From IMG/VR virus record IMGVR_UViG_3300045988_150638: a DNA stretch of 64,000 nt, one strand, 5' to 3'. Positions 62,901 through 64,000 of the stretch are shown in pieces. Under the pieces are notes generated by a model. The model was not told the DNA's origin, did not search any database, and saw nothing but the letters and a program-made list of their open reading frames with translations. A program made the translations under genes and the position numbers. The stretch comes from a virus. Lineage: Duplodnaviria > Heunggongvirae > Uroviricota > Caudoviricetes. Positions within the stretch are counted from its first letter, which is position 1. Every line of letters begins with the position of its first letter.

Positions 62901-64000
62901 GCGGAGTGTCATTCGATGGTAGTGCCAATATCGACCTGCCGGGCGTGAATAAAGCAGGTAATCAGAGCACTACCGGTAATGCAGCTACGGCTACCAAATT
63001 GCAAACAGCACGTACCATTAATGGGGTTTCATTTGACGGTTCTGCGAATATTTCACTGTCACCAGCAAATATTGGTTGCCCGGCATCTCCTACTGGTTGG
63101 TTAACAACAGGTAATAACGGTGAGTCAATAACGACAGCCCAGTTAGTTACTTTGTTGCAAAATAACGGGGCATTCAATACGAAAGCATGGATCGCTCGTT
63201 GTGCATGGGCGTATGCGAATAGTGCATCCATACCAGACAGTGAAACTGGTTGTGGCATTATTCCACTGGCGGGTGCTGTGATAGAAGTATTCAGCAATAA
63301 TACCAACAATTACACCATTCGAATAACAACGGCCACTACGACAAATGTCTCTGGTGCACTCACTAATGCGGAGTTTATCTATGTGTCTAATGGCTCAAGT
63401 TATTCACCTGGATGGCGCAGAGCGTATAACACTAAAAATAAACCTACTACTGCTGACCTTGGCCTGAGCGATTCAAGCGGATATGTTGGGCGTTTGGTGA
63501 ATACCCGGGTTTTCACTTCATCAGGTACGTATACCCCAACCCCAGGAACAAAACGGATCAGGGTCACAATAACGGGCGGCGGTGGCGGAGGGGGCGGCTG
63601 CAAGGCTATATCCAATAATGAAACGTTTTTCGGTGCTGGCGGCGGGGCAGGTGGGACAGTAATCACCACGCTGATCCTGACGAAGGATAGTTATCCTGTC
63701 ACTATCGGCGCAGGTGGGGCCGGCGGCGTTAGTGCGACGACCGGCCTCAAGGGCGGTGATAGCTCGTTCGGATCGGTAATAGCCCCTGGTGGTGAAGGTG
63801 GCGGGAAAGTGGGAGTTACAAACACAAACGGCGGTAACGGCGGTGTGCCAAGTACTGGCGGTATCAACATCATTGGTGGACATGGAGGCGACGGTCAGTC
63901 CGGAAATATCGGCGTCAGCGGTGAAGGCGGAACATCGTACTGGGGGGGCGGTGGACGCGCAGGCGCTGGCGGTGGTGTTAGTGGTAAGGCATATGGTTCA
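59918..64000 (+). CDS. tail fiber protein (S-like), 5'-partial: open frame continues past the window end
   Basis: ATG 59918; frame open for 1361 codons by my reading; no plus-strand ORF is listed here because no stop is reached; repeated fiber motifs and a Gly-rich region. Confidence 0.7.
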   Translation, partial: MNDVTVVTSVTYPSPESLALVADVQYHEPYLSAALNRKFRGIVDPGFYAGFFPKPGGGMNLLITSVDGDKTAGAASVNIGEFYQVTIQQRKDISLALSAGKKYAIVLKGRYLLGEDSYQVNTASHIHAAEFVARTYTDSYQLGDGELLVCTVNIPAGVSAITKEMIDVSDRIDLAIGIEISDSVNSTRSDVAASSLAVKKAYDLAKSKYTAQDASTTQKGLVQLSSATNSDSETMAATPKAVKSVKELADTKAPIESPSLTGTPTAPTAAQGTNSTQIANTAFVKAAITALINGAPGTLDTLKEIAAAINNDPNFSTTINNALALKAPLASPALTGIPTAPTAAQGTNNTQIATTAYVRAAISALVGSSPEALDTLNELAAALGNDPNFATTMTNALAGKQPLDATLTALAGLATGANKLPYFTGTDTVSQTDLTSVGRDILAKTSVLAVIQYLGLRELGTSGEKIPLLSTANTWSARQTFNGGITGALTGNADTATKLKTARTIGGVAFDGSGNINLPGVNITGNQNTTGNAATATKLQTARTIGGVSFDGTANINLPGVNVAGNQNTSGNAATATKLQTARTINGVSFDGSKNIELTPRSIGTINSTTMSFIGGAGWFKLATVTMPQASSVVYISLIGSSGYNVNSPMQAGISELVLRAGNGNPKGLTGALWRRTSVGFTNFAWVNTSGDTYDVYVEIGNYATGVNIQWDYTSNASVTIHTSPNYTVDKPTGLTDGTVYVIYSSHIKPTATDVGALPITGGNLNGGLTATGEIVSRYANGFRIAYGSYGFFIRNDGSNTYFMLTNSGNSLGTYNNLRPLIINNANGTVTIGNGLDVTGGINGSLNGNASTATKLQTARKISGVSFDGSADITLTAENVSAFALRATGTYADTSGAVPWNAESGAYNVTRSGDSYIVANFYTGVGSCRTLQIRAHHKNGGLYYRSSRDGYGFEEGWAQIYTKKDSIPGVNTTGNQNTTGNAATATKLQTARTIGGVSFDGSANIDLPGVNKAGNQSTTGNAATATKLQTARTINGVSFDGSANISLSPANIGCPASPTGWLTTGNNGESITTAQLVTLLQNNGAFNTKAWIARCAWAYANSASIPDSETGCGIIPLAGAVIEVFSNNTNNYTIRITTATTTNVSGALTNAEFIYVSNGSSYSPGWRRAYNTKNKPTTADLGLSDSSGYVGRLVNTRVFTSSGTYTPTPGTKRIRVTITGGGGGGGGCKAISNNETFFGAGGGAGGTVITTLILTKDSYPVTIGAGGAGGVSATTGLKGGDSSFGSVIAPGGEGGGKVGVTNTNGGNGGVPSTGGINIIGGHGGDGQSGNIGVSGEGGTSYWGGGGRAGAGGGVSGKAYGS
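61266..61291. other. cix/hix/gix-like 26-bp recombination site inside the tail-fiber gene (ttatccaataccttggtttaagagaa)
   Basis: 21/26 match to the hixL reverse complement with a central CCTTGG core; position matches a constant/variable fiber junction. Confidence 0.5.

Noticed and set aside
60341-63883. Multiple minus-strand ORFs (for example 60583..60966, 62962..63309, 63521..63883) rich in Ala/Val/Pro
   Set aside because: They lie antisense to the long plus-strand tail-fiber frame and have low-complexity composition typical of reverse-frame artefacts over repetitive Gly/Thr/Ala-coding sequence.

Overview
This window is almost entirely a P1-like plasmid prophage (phage-plasmid), read from sequence alone with no database search. 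The anchors are: terminase PacA/PacB with an internal pac hexamer cluster, Phd-Doc (Phd matches my memory of P1 Phd), HumD with a LexA box, Hot, Ppp phosphatase, Ban (DnaB-type helicase), three phage tRNAs (Ile-CAU, Thr-UGU, Asn-GUU), the bifunctional methyltransferase Dmt, HrdC (RdgC-like), the oriR/incC-repA-incA-parA-parB-parS plasmid module, KilA-RepL, and the icd-ant immunity region. A 17-bp C1-operator-like sequence (ATTGCTCTAATAAATTT) recurs at about ten intergenic positions, and a shared motif TGACT-N5-TA(G/A)AAT sits upstream of five plus-strand structural operons (probable late promoters). Structural genes include head, sheath, a Sit-like tape-measure/transglycosylase, baseplate proteins and a tail-fiber gene that runs off the window end and carries a cix-like inversion site. 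Features most worth follow-up are: an unlisted hok/mok-type type I toxin locus; an AT-rich island of three signal-peptide proteins; a block of uncharacterised genes at 6340-9350; a TerB-like gene with an apparent frameshift followed by two coupled membrane peptides; and a DUF115-like paralog pair next to Ppp. No CRISPR array, integrase or reverse transcriptase was seen. I cannot name a single clearly novel system with confidence; the candidates are ranked by interest below.
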